Virus record (IMG/VR): IMGVR_UViG_3300035670_000089
Span: 33,571-97,570 of that record
DNA: 64,000 nucleotides
Source of the DNA: a virus
Reading direction: 5' to 3' (one strand)
Made by a program: the position numbers and the translations under genes. The stretch's first letter is position 1. The number at the start of each line of letters is the position of its first letter. This document shows positions 18,041 to 28,236 of this stretch, one piece after another. The notes below the pieces were generated by a model that worked only from the letters and a program-made list of their open reading frames with translations, searched no databases and was not told the origin of the DNA.

Positions 18041-20989
18041 TCAATATTGGTCAAAGGGATGCACCGCTACTCCCATATCTGAGTTCCCCCAACCGGATTT
18101 AGAGTAATTCGTGCGGACACTCCTTACAAATTCTTTCCTATCTACAGAGAACCCCTCAACAACACTATCCTTATCGTCTCTAAGACTCTTCTTCCCTTTC
18201 TTAAAGGTTAAGGATTGCCCTGATGTAACCGAACTGGACTTCGCAAGTTCATTCCCTATTAACTGCCAAGTCACCGCGGCTATGCAGTCTGCGATATCCT
18301 TACTGTTATGGACGAAAACTCCCGCGCTAAGGGCAAAATTATCCCATTCATCAACTTCTAAATCGTAAACAGGTACGGCAGTCTCCAATATTACGGGTAT
18401 AACAGCCCGTACCTTATGGTTATTTCCCTTTCCTCTATATCTAAAATCTTCCCAACCTTTGTACCCTTGTGAAGCTACACAACGAATTACTGCGTCTTTA
18501 GTGCATTTCAAAGTATTGCATACGTCCATAAGCCGCTTATTACGGTTTTCAAAGGCTTGTACCACTTCCTCAAATGTCACAACACTACGTTGGTTGTCAT
18601 CCTTAAGGCTATAGGCGTCCCCAGCAGTAAATTTGAGATGAAAATATTCTTTCTCGAAACTCTCCCAGGAATCAAATCCGCAATCTCTTAAAAGACGTAT
18701 CACCAAATTCCTCGATAAATCTAAATAAGTCGCGGCCTGATGCGCATTAGAGCACCCTACCTTAAGAGCCTCGTATAAAACCGACGTGTCCACATCTCTT
18801 CTAAAAAGACCTGTTTTCCTCGCTCTCTCTAAATACCACTCGGAAGAGCGGCTTCGCATAGACTCAGATCTTTTTCTTCTTGTAGATTCTTTTTTATTAA
18901 AAGCAATAGTGCCCTCGGAAAGTTTATGTCTATACGTAGGATCTTTTTTGTGAGCCTCAGCCGTATGGTAAGAAGTGTGTTGCGATCTTGGTATGACTTC
19001 TAAATTCTCCGGGCGGTTATCCGTCTTAACGTGATTTTTGTGGTGGACTATCTCACTATCTTCTAGTTCAGGATAACCAAGAGCCATACGATGAGTCCAA
19101 ATAAACTCTCCGATACTTTTGACTTTTTCGTAACCTCCGCCTATAGGCCAGGATAAATGTAAAGGCATAAGTCTAGTAACCCCTGGAATAATATCCGCCG
19201 CCTTTATATAACTACCGGTTCTGGTCATGAAAGGATGATCCGGAGTACACCGAATAACTGCCCCATTATCCAAAACAACATCTACTAACTCTTTAACTTC
19301 TTTAGTCTTACGCCCTCTAGCCAGACCCGGGACAACCGTCCCATCAGGTTTACAACTATAAACCCACACTTCTTTACCTTCTAACTCAGCTATAGTAGGG
19401 CGAGTACCATCTAATAAAGGAATCCGTGTATCCCCCGTGAAACAACCTCCGGGCCTATGGTCGATTTTCACATTCCGGATTAACTCTAAGTTTAGTAGTT
19501 CATCCTTTAGTAGATTCGTCCAAGGGGAGTTCTTCGGTAGATATAATCTATCCTCGTGGAGGAGTTTACGTACAGCGTCATACATCGCCAACTGTTTATT
19601 GTTCGCGAAATGTATAGTCTCCGTAGGTATCCCGCTGGACTTCAACCGCTGCAAAGTCTCCGCAGATTCCTTTTGGTCCGCGGTTACCTTCGATAAGGGC
19701 TGTCTAGCATGTATCTGATAAATACACTGTTGGACGTTCACAATAGATACCGTAGCGCCATCCACAGGTATCCACGCCATAATCCCATCTATAATGACGC
19801 AGTCCTTACCGTCGATATTCTCTAAATGTCCGTAGGCTAAAGCATATGCGTCCCTGGTGATAGCGGGGTCCAAGTGCATAACCGTATACCCGCGATATAC
19901 CGGTAAATCTTCTACATTAAGCCGGATTAATCGGTCTTCTTGTACTGGTAGTTCCGTTACTCTAAGGAGAGACATCTTACGGAATGCTCTCTTAACCTCT
20001 CTCTCTTCTAAGAAGGCGTTCTCGTTTGCCTGGCGGATTCCTTCGTATAACAACTCCGCTTTCTTGCGGTTAGATATATACATAGAATCCACAACTGGAT
20101 TATTGCGACTTGCATGGATTGGGTTTACCATCCAAGACTTCAAGCGGAAGCCAATCCAACCTGAACTCTGAGTAGAATCCTCGTACAGTTTTACAAGGGC
20201 GTCCCCTTCACACCTGGCGGAGGAGATAATAACCCGTTTAGCATCACTCGCAAAAGGTAAGCCCCCCGCGCCTAAATCATCCCAAAGGTTCAGGGCGTTA
20301 GATTCTCCATTCTTATCGTCGAACATCGCCCCTTCATCCAAAATAATCAGGATAGGACTACCCCCTACCTGAGTCTCAGACTTAGAGTTACCGGAGTATA
20401 TATACAACAGCTTCTCGTCATACCGTATCATCTTTTCCTGGGCGTCTATTTTACCGGCATCGATAAGCCGCCTCAAGAAGAAGACATTCTGCATCATCGC
20501 CTTCGCTTGACCGTAAATAGTCTTACTAGCTTGTTCAGCAGAAGGAGCAACGCAGATAATCGAGATTAGAGTCGAAGACGCGATTCCATAATTCAACTGT
20601 GGAGAATCCATCCGCGCCAAGAGTTCAAACTCATAATTAATGATAAGAGACCCCATTAGGGATTTTCCACTACGCCGCCCCGCCTCTAAAACTAAGTTCT
20701 GTCTCTTTATTGGACCGTAATCAAAATCGTAGGTAGTCCTATCCAGGGTCTTCCAGTACTCCAAGATAGAATATTCCTGGTCTGTGAGTTCTACACCGTA
20801 GTAGGTCTTTAAGATAAGACGTTGCTGCGGAGTAAGCTCAATACCCAACGTCTCCTTGTCGACACCCCCGTTGTCGTACCAGTCGATAATGTCGGAGTAC
20901 TCTACTCCACTGGCGAACTTAGACTCTAAATTAGAGACAAACCCGCCAAAGAAATCGCTTACATCAAAAGCCCCTTTAGATATACTCAT
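18041..20989 (-). CDS. terL: Terminase large subunit, intein-containing (about 602 aa after splicing)
   Basis: Adenine-binding LTPQQ, Walker A GRRSGKS, Walker B LIILDE, coupling motif IISS, RNase H-like nuclease motifs HLDPA...DAYA and KDIAD. Confidence 0.95.
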   Translation of the reverse strand: MSISKGAFDVSDFFGGFVSNLESKFASGVEYSDIIDWYDNGGVDKETLGIELTPQQRLILKTYYGVELTDQEYSILEYWKTLDRTTYDFDYGPIKRQNLVLEAGRRSGKSLMGSLIINYEFELLARMDSPQLNYGIASSTLISIICVAPSAEQASKTIYGQAKAMMQNVFFLRRLIDAGKIDAQEKMIRYDEKLLYIYSGNSKSETQVGGSPILIILDEGAMFDDKNGESNALNLWDDLGAGGLPFASDAKRVIISSARCEGDALVKLYEDSTQSSGWIGFRLKSWMVNPIHASRNNPVVDSMYISNRKKAELLYEGIRQANENAFLEEREVKRAFRKMSLLRVTELPVQEDRLIRLNVEDLPVYRGYTVMHLDPAITRDAYALAYGHLENIDGKDCVIIDGIMAWIPVDGATVSIVNVQQCIYQIHARQPLSKVTADQKESAETLQRLKSSGIPTETIHFANNKQLAMYDAVRKLLHEDRLYLPKNSPWTNLLKDELLNLELIRNVKIDHRPGGCFTGDTRIPLLDGTRPTIAELEGKEVWVYSCKPDGTVVPGLARGRKTKEVKELVDVVLDNGAVIRCTPDHPFMTRTGSYIKAADIIPGVTRLMPLHLSWPIGGGYEKVKSIGEFIWTHRMALGYPELEDSEIVHHKNHVKTDNRPENLEVIPRSQHTSYHTAEAHKKDPTYRHKLSEGTIAFNKKESTRRKRSESMRSRSSEWYLERARKTGLFRRDVDTSVLYEALKVGCSNAHQAATYLDLSRNLVIRLLRDCGFDSWESFEKEYFHLKFTAGDAYSLKDDNQRSVVTFEEVVQAFENRNKRLMDVCNTLKCTKDAVIRCVASQGYKGWEDFRYRGKGNNHKVRAVIPVILETAVPVYDLEVDEWDNFALSAGVFVHNSKDIADCIAAVTWQLIGNELAKSSSVTSGQSLTFKKGKKSLRDDKDSVVEGFSVDRKEFVRSVRTNYSKSGWGNSDMGVAVHPFDQY
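18305..19444 (-). mobile_element. Intein (380 aa) carrying an HNH homing endonuclease
   Basis: N-terminal splice G|CFTGDT, block B CTPDHPF, block F VYDLEV...NF, C-terminal VHN|S; internal HRM...VHHKNHVKTDNRPENL...H. Confidence 0.95.
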
Positions 20990-20993
20990 CTAC

Positions 20994-21860
20994 TTAAACC
21001 AATTTATTGAAGAGTAAGGTCAGATGAAGAATGGTCTGAGTAGGCACCGCCGCCGCTAATTCCAACGCCACAAAAGAACCCTTCGGTATCGGCTTCACAG
21101 GTTTATCCACCGGGTATACCCCAACCTCTTCCATTAATACATTTGTGGGGATAATGCTGATATGTTTACGAAGACCTTCAGTGAATACCGTATTGGGTAG
21201 ATATTCTGTCCAAGTACTCGTATCCAGAAAGTCATGCCCATCCTCATCTTCGTTGTAATAAATTATTCTCCCTGTAATATCTTCAGTATACTCATTGTAA
21301 GAGTACACATCAACTAACCAGAAAGGTAAGTGTGTAAAAGGGAGGAGGGGGTAGAGAAGGCGGGTGGGGGATATAGAGAGATGTTCAATATGGGAAGCGG
21401 CGGCTAGGGCTCTAAGTTGTAGTTGAGATATAAAGCCCGGGAAGCCGAAACCTTCTCTCTGTTGGAACTCTTCGTTTTGGATAGGGATACCAAAAGATAT
21501 AATCTGGGAGTCCTCGGTGGTATTCACGCCGAATAGAATTTTATTATCTACATCGGCGCGGGGGGCTTTGTAGAAGAGAAGAGTATTCTCAAGAGTTTTA
21601 GAGGCAGAACGAGTAACGCGGATTTCAGAGCCGGAGATATAGTCAACCACCGCCGCGCCTTCATCGTAAAAGATTTCTTCGCCTACCTCATCGTAGATAT
21701 AGACTTCGTCCCCTATACGGATATCGTAGAATCTAAAATCCGGGATAGTCGCGCGGATATGTTCGTGATTATTATATTTAGTTAACCATTGATAGATATC
21801 ATCGCCAGTATTATCGAAGACGCCCCGGGGGATATACACCTTAGGTATTACGGTGTCCAT
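20994..21860 (-). CDS. Hypothetical virion/baseplate-region protein
   Basis: 288-aa ORF overlapping the upstream gene within the baseplate operon. Confidence 0.55.
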   Translation of the reverse strand: MDTVIPKVYIPRGVFDNTGDDIYQWLTKYNNHEHIRATIPDFRFYDIRIGDEVYIYDEVGEEIFYDEGAAVVDYISGSEIRVTRSASKTLENTLLFYKAPRADVDNKILFGVNTTEDSQIISFGIPIQNEEFQQREGFGFPGFISQLQLRALAAASHIEHLSISPTRLLYPLLPFTHLPFWLVDVYSYNEYTEDITGRIIYYNEDEDGHDFLDTSTWTEYLPNTVFTEGLRKHISIIPTNVLMEEVGVYPVDKPVKPIPKGSFVALELAAAVPTQTILHLTLLFNKLV

Positions 21861-24436
21861 GATTCTTCTCCTCTACTCGAGTAAGTCGTGTATGTCTTGT
21901 AAACTAGTCCCACCGGTAATGTCTCTTTCAAGAACTTATCGTATTGATGAGGTAATTTATTACCAATGTCTATATCCAGTTTAGGTAGATAATTTACTAA
22001 CGGATATATCAATACCGGGCCGTCCTCTACTAACACCCTCTCAATTGGCGTAGCTTTAAACTGCTCTATCGTATAGACTGAATACCCCTCGGGTAGAACA
22101 AAATTGTCCATACCGCCTTCTACATACGCCGGGTGCTTTATCGGGAACCCCGGCACCTCTCTCTTCACCCAGTCCCCATCTACATACTTAAACCCTATCG
22201 CATAATACTCCTCAGGAGTTAGCTCACCCGTATATACAGATAAAGTATCACTATAATTACAAACAGCATCCGGAACATAGAGGTTAATAAGAGGCGAGAA
22301 AGATGGAAATTCCGGGTATATCAGAGTAGCATCCACGCCCAGGAAGTTATTGAGGAAATCCATAAAACTCAGCAGAGCTACATCGGGACGGGAGAAGTAA
22401 CGAGATATCTTATCCCGGAGGAATCCGCCTTGGGATACTGGAATCGGACAAGCTAGAGATAACTCTGCCCATTTATATAGGTCGTCCGACATTGCAGTTG
22501 TATAAGAAACAGCAGCCTCAGACTTTAATAAACCCAGCGCCCAATCGAAGTATAGATTTGCTTCTGCGTAGAGCATACTGCCGATAACCGAATGCACGGA
22601 CTCTAACGCTTCCTCTCCAAACCAACGCTTCCCATAAGGCATCATTCTCCGTAGTTCTTGTAAGGTGTAGTTAACTATCCCGTACGCCTCTATACCCTTA
22701 CTGTTAAACATCTCCGCCGGTATCGGATTGTATGACGACAAGAAAGAACGTACTAAACTTAGTCTTACTAAATAATCTGTAGGAAGTTCATCCCCCTCTA
22801 GTTGACTTTTCTGTACCTCAAATATCGTTAAGGCCCACTCGGGTATATACAGCTCCTCGTCGTACAACTCTACATTAGGGTTATCTAGGGTGTAGGTAAA
22901 TATCGTCTCTCCAAAGAATAACGACCCCCGCAGAGTATCCAGAATTCGATACGCCCACAAAATAATGTAGTCCGGTATATACGGGGAATCCTCAGGATGC
23001 AACACTAAAAGTTCCGCGCGGATATCCTCGTACTGTTGAAGTGTATAAATCAAGGACTCCTTGTCGGGGAAGTATAGATACCAAAGGGCTTTAGTCGCAA
23101 GAGAACTAAGTAGGGTATACAGACGTAGAGCTTCAGAGGAAGTAGAATCGTTTACGAGGAACGGGGATTCGTAAACACTAAAGGGGTCTTTATAGTTCCG
23201 ATCGACGAACTCATAATACAGCGGGTGGGATAACTCTACCGGGGACTCTAGTATCTTGGTGTGGAGTCTAGCGCATAGTCTATGCACGAAGGTATCGTAA
23301 TCTATTCCAAGATATAGATGTAAGAATATATCGGTTTGATAGGAGGCCTTATGACAAGGCGCATCGTAGGAGTATTGTCCTAAATGCTCCTTATAAGAGC
23401 ACCAGCCGGAAACCGGAGATATGGAGTAAACACAGAAGTACGCCAAAGCTTTAAGAGAGATTAGGAGTTCTTCGATGAATAATCCTCTTTTACCGTATAG
23501 AGGAAGTTCATTCAGGGGTAACCTATCCTGAAGGAAACTTATGCCGCTACAGATAGCTGTGCCTAAGAGTGCATTGGGATATATTTCCTTTAAGCCCCGG
23601 GTTGTATATATACCCCCTAGGTCTAAATAATACTCAAACCCCCAAAGCCCTTCTGGATTAAGAGATAACTTACCCTCCTCGTTATCGAAGAGGAACCACC
23701 GTCTAAGTTTGGCTTGGCGGACAAACTCCTTAATTATGGAGAGGACAAGATATACGTCCTCGTAAGATATAGCCATGAATAATCCATACGCTATAACCTC
23801 CGGATTCGTAGTCTCCATAGAGGAGTCTATCTGTATAGAGGGAAACCACCCACCATCGGTATGCGGAAGTCTAGCTCGAGATACAAAACTAGGAGCATCC
23901 GGAATCTCGTTTAGAACAACATCTCCAGAGGTATTTACGTCCAGGTCTACCAAGAGAGAAGCGGAGCCTAAGACCGACTGTAGTTTATATGTCTCTTTAC
24001 CTTGAGGGGTAGCCTTAAGTTTATACTCAAACGGGCGATCGAAATAGTATTCGTATTCTCGAGTGTCAGGATGAATAGGAGTATAAAATCTAGGGTCATC
24101 GGGGCGATGCTCAAAGACTATTTTATACATCTGGTCGTTATCAACATCCTTTAATCCACTTCTCATGCGGTAGAGAGATAGCGGAACTTTTGTATATATA
24201 CTCGCTGTTGACCATACTGGTACCGGACTACTCGCCTTCATCGGCGCCAAGAAGTTCTCGTACTTTATCTCTATCGCGCGGGCATCTGTAGGGCCATCTA
24301 CTACGGTAGTAACTTGGGTATAGGGTTTACTTGTAAAGAACGCGGGGGCAGTAACCGAGAGTTTTTCTCCATCGTCTAGAGAGGATAAACTCTGGTTAGC
24401 GTGAGTAAAGAGGGGTCTTAAATATTCTGGTACCAT
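21848..24436 (-). CDS. Baseplate wedge protein with a C-terminal gpI/Mu gp48 (DUF2313)-like region and a large N-terminal extension
   Basis: Follows the gpJ-like gene. LRRMMPYGKRWF...TTAMSDDLYKWAE and the terminal LKETLPVG resemble gp48/gpI wedge proteins. Confidence 0.55.
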   Translation of the reverse strand: MVPEYLRPLFTHANQSLSSLDDGEKLSVTAPAFFTSKPYTQVTTVVDGPTDARAIEIKYENFLAPMKASSPVPVWSTASIYTKVPLSLYRMRSGLKDVDNDQMYKIVFEHRPDDPRFYTPIHPDTREYEYYFDRPFEYKLKATPQGKETYKLQSVLGSASLLVDLDVNTSGDVVLNEIPDAPSFVSRARLPHTDGGWFPSIQIDSSMETTNPEVIAYGLFMAISYEDVYLVLSIIKEFVRQAKLRRWFLFDNEEGKLSLNPEGLWGFEYYLDLGGIYTTRGLKEIYPNALLGTAICSGISFLQDRLPLNELPLYGKRGLFIEELLISLKALAYFCVYSISPVSGWCSYKEHLGQYSYDAPCHKASYQTDIFLHLYLGIDYDTFVHRLCARLHTKILESPVELSHPLYYEFVDRNYKDPFSVYESPFLVNDSTSSEALRLYTLLSSLATKALWYLYFPDKESLIYTLQQYEDIRAELLVLHPEDSPYIPDYIILWAYRILDTLRGSLFFGETIFTYTLDNPNVELYDEELYIPEWALTIFEVQKSQLEGDELPTDYLVRLSLVRSFLSSYNPIPAEMFNSKGIEAYGIVNYTLQELRRMMPYGKRWFGEEALESVHSVIGSMLYAEANLYFDWALGLLKSEAAVSYTTAMSDDLYKWAELSLACPIPVSQGGFLRDKISRYFSRPDVALLSFMDFLNNFLGVDATLIYPEFPSFSPLINLYVPDAVCNYSDTLSVYTGELTPEEYYAIGFKYVDGDWVKREVPGFPIKHPAYVEGGMDNFVLPEGYSVYTIEQFKATPIERVLVEDGPVLIYPLVNYLPKLDIDIGNKLPHQYDKFLKETLPVGLVYKTYTTYSSRGEESWTP

Positions 24437-25515
24437 GTTGAAGCCGCGGGGTAAGTAACTTTAATATCTCCGAGAACAATAACCTCATCAGAGAGAGAGA
24501 CAATATCCTCGGTGGGTTCGATAATCTTCACACTCCGCACCAAAGGAGAAATTAATCCCTCTACAGTCTGTATAGAAAAAGTATCCCCAATACCTAAACT
24601 TTTAACCGCGGCAGTAACTATTGCGTTCACCCTCTGCGTTAAATTATTCAGGTCGGCATCTCTCCCACTATAAGGGCGCATCTCTACGTGGACATCCACC
24701 ACCTTTCGCCTTGCTTGAATAATTACCGGAATAACTCCCATAGAGATATCCGGGCGGATATACGTTAGAATTTCTTCTCTTTGTCTATCTGTATAATTCT
24801 GTTCGGAGTCTAACCAAATCTCTACAACACCGGGAATAGATGTCCGGACATATACCCGCTCCACCAGAGGGTACTGTAGAAGTTTCGCTTCAATCGTACT
24901 TTGAGTAGAGGAAGAAGACCTAGAGAGATATGCTATTAATCTATTCCGGTAGGATAAGTCGGGCTCGACATCTCTCCCCCCGATTAAGTCTCCATAATAC
25001 CTGTCGGTATAATTACTCCCAACAATAACCTGAGTATCCGGAAAGTCTGGAGAGAATAACTTTGTACCCGCGGGTAAATTATGTTCCGCGCCGGGGTTTA
25101 AAGATACTACCGGGATTACTGTATTAAGAAAGGGGTATACTGTGACGACGCCGCTGTTTACAGTGTAGAACTCCAAGCCGTTTTCCAGATATACCAGAGA
25201 GGTCAATTGTGGAATCTGAATATTCTGCTCGAAAGACCGCATCATTACAAAACCAGTAGCAACCTGAGCGCCTTCTCGAACGAGAAAACTAGAACCTATC
25301 CGGTCTAGATACTCCCCGGTAGCCGTCAATATACTAGTATTAGCTTGAGACTCAATTAAACGGTAATCTTGTTGAGCTGCGATAACAGAGGAAGCGCGGG
25401 ATAGAGTATACGCCAGGGAGCCTTCTATTCTATCGACAACCAGTCCGCTTCCAGATTGGATAAGAGCGGAAAAGTAATCCTGTTGTATCTCGTCTACACT
25501 TCTTGGACTTAACAT
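24418..25515 (-). CDS. Baseplate J-like wedge protein
   Basis: TATGEYLDRIG, ATGFV, PGAEHNLPAG, GGRDVEPDLSYRNR, PGVVEIW: classic Baseplate_J motifs. Confidence 0.92.
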   Translation of the reverse strand: MLSPRSVDEIQQDYFSALIQSGSGLVVDRIEGSLAYTLSRASSVIAAQQDYRLIESQANTSILTATGEYLDRIGSSFLVREGAQVATGFVMMRSFEQNIQIPQLTSLVYLENGLEFYTVNSGVVTVYPFLNTVIPVVSLNPGAEHNLPAGTKLFSPDFPDTQVIVGSNYTDRYYGDLIGGRDVEPDLSYRNRLIAYLSRSSSSTQSTIEAKLLQYPLVERVYVRTSIPGVVEIWLDSEQNYTDRQREEILTYIRPDISMGVIPVIIQARRKVVDVHVEMRPYSGRDADLNNLTQRVNAIVTAAVKSLGIGDTFSIQTVEGLISPLVRSVKIIEPTEDIVSLSDEVIVLGDIKVTYPAASTWYQNI

Positions 25516-25523
25516 TTTTACTC

Positions 25524-25985
25524 CTAAAAGGACACATCTAACTGTTGTGTCTGTGTATCACTAAATTCTAAGCCGTTTATCTTATACTCAATCTCTAAGT
25601 CTATTCTACCGATACCGGTAGTTTCCATCGATTTACTCAAACGCAACAAAGTAATAGTGGTTCTCTTTTCTTTATCCCCACTTACCAACGCTGTACTCTG
25701 AATCTCATCGATAAACGAGATAGGCTCCGATAAATACTGATCTAAATCTGTTCCATACTCTCTATTAAGAACTTCAACCGAATCTCCTAAACGAACCATC
25801 CGCGCATAACCGTTCTTCGGAGTCGCAATGCGACGCGCTAAAGCTTCAGATATAGATTCTCTGTCGCGGCTGTACTCCAATCTACCCTTAGCGTCCAACT
25901 TCAGGTCATACTCAAAACCATAGTCATTGGTAGGGAACAAATCTAAGAGCATGTCCGCCCCATACTTCTCATATAAATAACTCAT
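25524..25985 (-). CDS. gp25/gpW-like baseplate wedge (sheath initiator)
   Basis: ESISEALARRIATPK...EYGTDLDQYLSEP...IDLEIEYKI; immediately upstream of gpJ. Confidence 0.8.
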   Translation of the reverse strand: MSYLYEKYGADMLLDLFPTNDYGFEYDLKLDAKGRLEYSRDRESISEALARRIATPKNGYARMVRLGDSVEVLNREYGTDLDQYLSEPISFIDEIQSTALVSGDKEKRTTITLLRLSKSMETTGIGRIDLEIEYKINGLEFSDTQTQQLDVSF

Positions 25986-26003
25986 ACACCCGAGGCCTCC
26001 CGT

Positions 26004-26612
26004 CTACGAAAGCACTAAATAATTGGAGCTTCTACTATCACTATTCTCCCCCGTTAAAACCGAAAGCGTGTTCCCCTCCGTAATCGTCCAGGTCATCCGA
26101 CCAAACCTACCTAATGGTTGCCGCGCCTTCGTATAGTTCATAACCTCCAGGTGATAAACACCTGGAGTCCATAAACCACTCCCCTCAATCTCACAGGTAT
26201 GTAATTTATCTATATCATTACCCACCGCAATAATCCTGCGGTCTGTCCCTCTCAATGTCCAACCAACCTCTCCTAACTCCTTCGTCCCCGCATTCCTACA
26301 CTTAACCGATAAACTCCCAAACTCCCGGAAGATTATTCTCTTTGGAGTCGGTTCAACCCATTTATACATCTCAGCTTGAGTAACTTTCTTCTCCGTGCTT
26401 AACATGACAAACGCTAAGTTGCCGGAAGTCCGAATTACTACTCCCACTACCTCAGAATCGAACAATAAGGTTTGCCCTACATTTAACGGGTCAGTCTGTA
26501 CTCTCACCGTTACTTCATTCTTTAATTGAGAGACTACCGTGTATATACCTCTGGGCCTCTCTAAAGAGTTATCGAGGATATACGCCGATGCAGGCTGATT
26601 AATATCAAACAT
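26004..26612 (-). CDS. Hypothetical baseplate-region protein
   Basis: 202-aa beta-rich ORF in the operon. Confidence 0.55.
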   Translation of the reverse strand: MFDINQPASAYILDNSLERPRGIYTVVSQLKNEVTVRVQTDPLNVGQTLLFDSEVVGVVIRTSGNLAFVMLSTEKKVTQAEMYKWVEPTPKRIIFREFGSLSVKCRNAGTKELGEVGWTLRGTDRRIIAVGNDIDKLHTCEIEGSGLWTPGVYHLEVMNYTKARQPLGRFGRMTWTITEGNTLSVLTGENSDSRSSNYLVLS

Positions 26613-26635
26613 TATTTCTTCCTCGTGTTATGTAT

Positions 26636-28183
26636 CTACGCCGTTTCTTCATCAGGAGTAGGGTAATCGGTATCGGGTTCCGGCTCTACTGAAGATATAG
26701 AAAAGAAGGTCGGAAAGATATTTTCGGTATCCACGCCGTAGTTTATCTGAGGTTGAGATTTAGGCACAGGAGCAGAGTTGTAATAATCCAAAGGCGTTAA
26801 GGAAGGATAAGTCTTAAACTTGAAGCCATTGCTACCTCCACTAAGAAGACCGAAGAATGCGTCCGCGCCGGGGATATTATTGAGAAGTCCCGTTGCATCT
26901 AACACAGAATTTAGGGCTCCCCCTAAATCTCCATTAAGGATATCGCTAAAACCAGGGATAACATCGTTAACCGCATCGGTTAACACTCCAGTAACGCCAC
27001 CGGTCAAAGCATCTACTACTCCAGCCGCTCCGCCGCTTTGAAGAAGACTATCCAACCCATCCGATAAAACACCGCCGACCACATTACCCACAGTTCCCGT
27101 TAAGAAATCACCCCCCGCATCTTGAACAGCGCCTAAGACCATATTCGAGAAACCGGAACCAATAGCTCCGTCTACCATAAAGTTGGTAGCGTTCATGAAA
27201 CTTGAGAAGTTCCCGTTCGCTAAAGCCCCTGCAGCGGAGACTATAGGTAAGTCCCCAACTATATCTCCTAACGTTCCTCCAACAACGCTCCCTAAGACAT
27301 TGGAGAGAGAACCTTTAATGGAGTCGATAAAGGATGGCGCTAGATTACTAGTAACGGCATCTAGATTGACTCTTCCACCTAAAGTAGCAGACATTCCCAC
27401 ATAGACTACCGGAGCATCTATATAAATAGGCCCCCCACTATTCAAAGCCATTAAGGTACTGGAGCCCATAATATTGGGGCCGGTGGAGTTGACTAACAAT
27501 TCCCCTCCAGTCTTTATAACTCCTCCCATAAGAGATTCAAGATGAAATCCCTTCTTAGCGTCGACGTTAAAAGTCCCGTCGGTCATATTCCCGATACCAA
27601 CTTTTGCATCTAGGGATATAGATTTGTCCCTCGATGTAAACTTCACATCGTTGATAGCGCCCAACTCAAAGATTCCATATTTGGAACCCACCTTAGAGCG
27701 CAGGGATATCGGGAGCTTAGTACTCTGACCTACTTGAAGACGATAGTAATCCGCGTAGGACTCATTCTTAGAGATATGGTCTACATGGATACCCGCGCCG
27801 ATAAAGTCTTGACTCTCGATATATCTATAGTTGTTCTCCCCCATCAATACATTTATATTCTGCGCGCGAGTCCAACGGTTGATAGAGCTTATTTGAGTAT
27901 GGAAGGTTTGTTCATGGTTATTCTTAGCTTGATGGATAGATACGTTGGCATTGTGCGATATCTGTGGGGCGTAAACATCAAAAGCGACGCCGCAGTTAAA
28001 ACGTTGAATTTTAGCTTCATCCTGTTTTTGAGCCGAACTCCTGTTAAAGGATATGTTATTCCAATGGTTGTCTAACTGCGGTATCTGCGAACCAAGTATC
28101 GTCGAGAGGGATACAGAATTAGCATCTTTATAAAATTTAATTGGGTTAGAACCAGAACCAAAACCAAAAGGAAGAGTAGACAT
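26636..28183 (-). CDS. Spike-like protein: gp5/gpV-type beta-helix repeats followed by a Gly-rich amphipathic region
   Basis: About 8-residue repeats ISLDAKVG/FNVDAKKG/LLVNSTGP/IYIDAPVVYVG, then long GG/LG-rich helices. Confidence 0.55.
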   Translation of the reverse strand: MSTLPFGFGSGSNPIKFYKDANSVSLSTILGSQIPQLDNHWNNISFNRSSAQKQDEAKIQRFNCGVAFDVYAPQISHNANVSIHQAKNNHEQTFHTQISSINRWTRAQNINVLMGENNYRYIESQDFIGAGIHVDHISKNESYADYYRLQVGQSTKLPISLRSKVGSKYGIFELGAINDVKFTSRDKSISLDAKVGIGNMTDGTFNVDAKKGFHLESLMGGVIKTGGELLVNSTGPNIMGSSTLMALNSGGPIYIDAPVVYVGMSATLGGRVNLDAVTSNLAPSFIDSIKGSLSNVLGSVVGGTLGDIVGDLPIVSAAGALANGNFSSFMNATNFMVDGAIGSGFSNMVLGAVQDAGGDFLTGTVGNVVGGVLSDGLDSLLQSGGAAGVVDALTGGVTGVLTDAVNDVIPGFSDILNGDLGGALNSVLDATGLLNNIPGADAFFGLLSGGSNGFKFKTYPSLTPLDYYNSAPVPKSQPQINYGVDTENIFPTFFSISSVEPEPDTDYPTPDEETA

Positions 28184-28236
28184 AAATAAAATGATAAAAG
28201 AGCGACCTACTATAAGTATCCCTAGTATAGATATCC

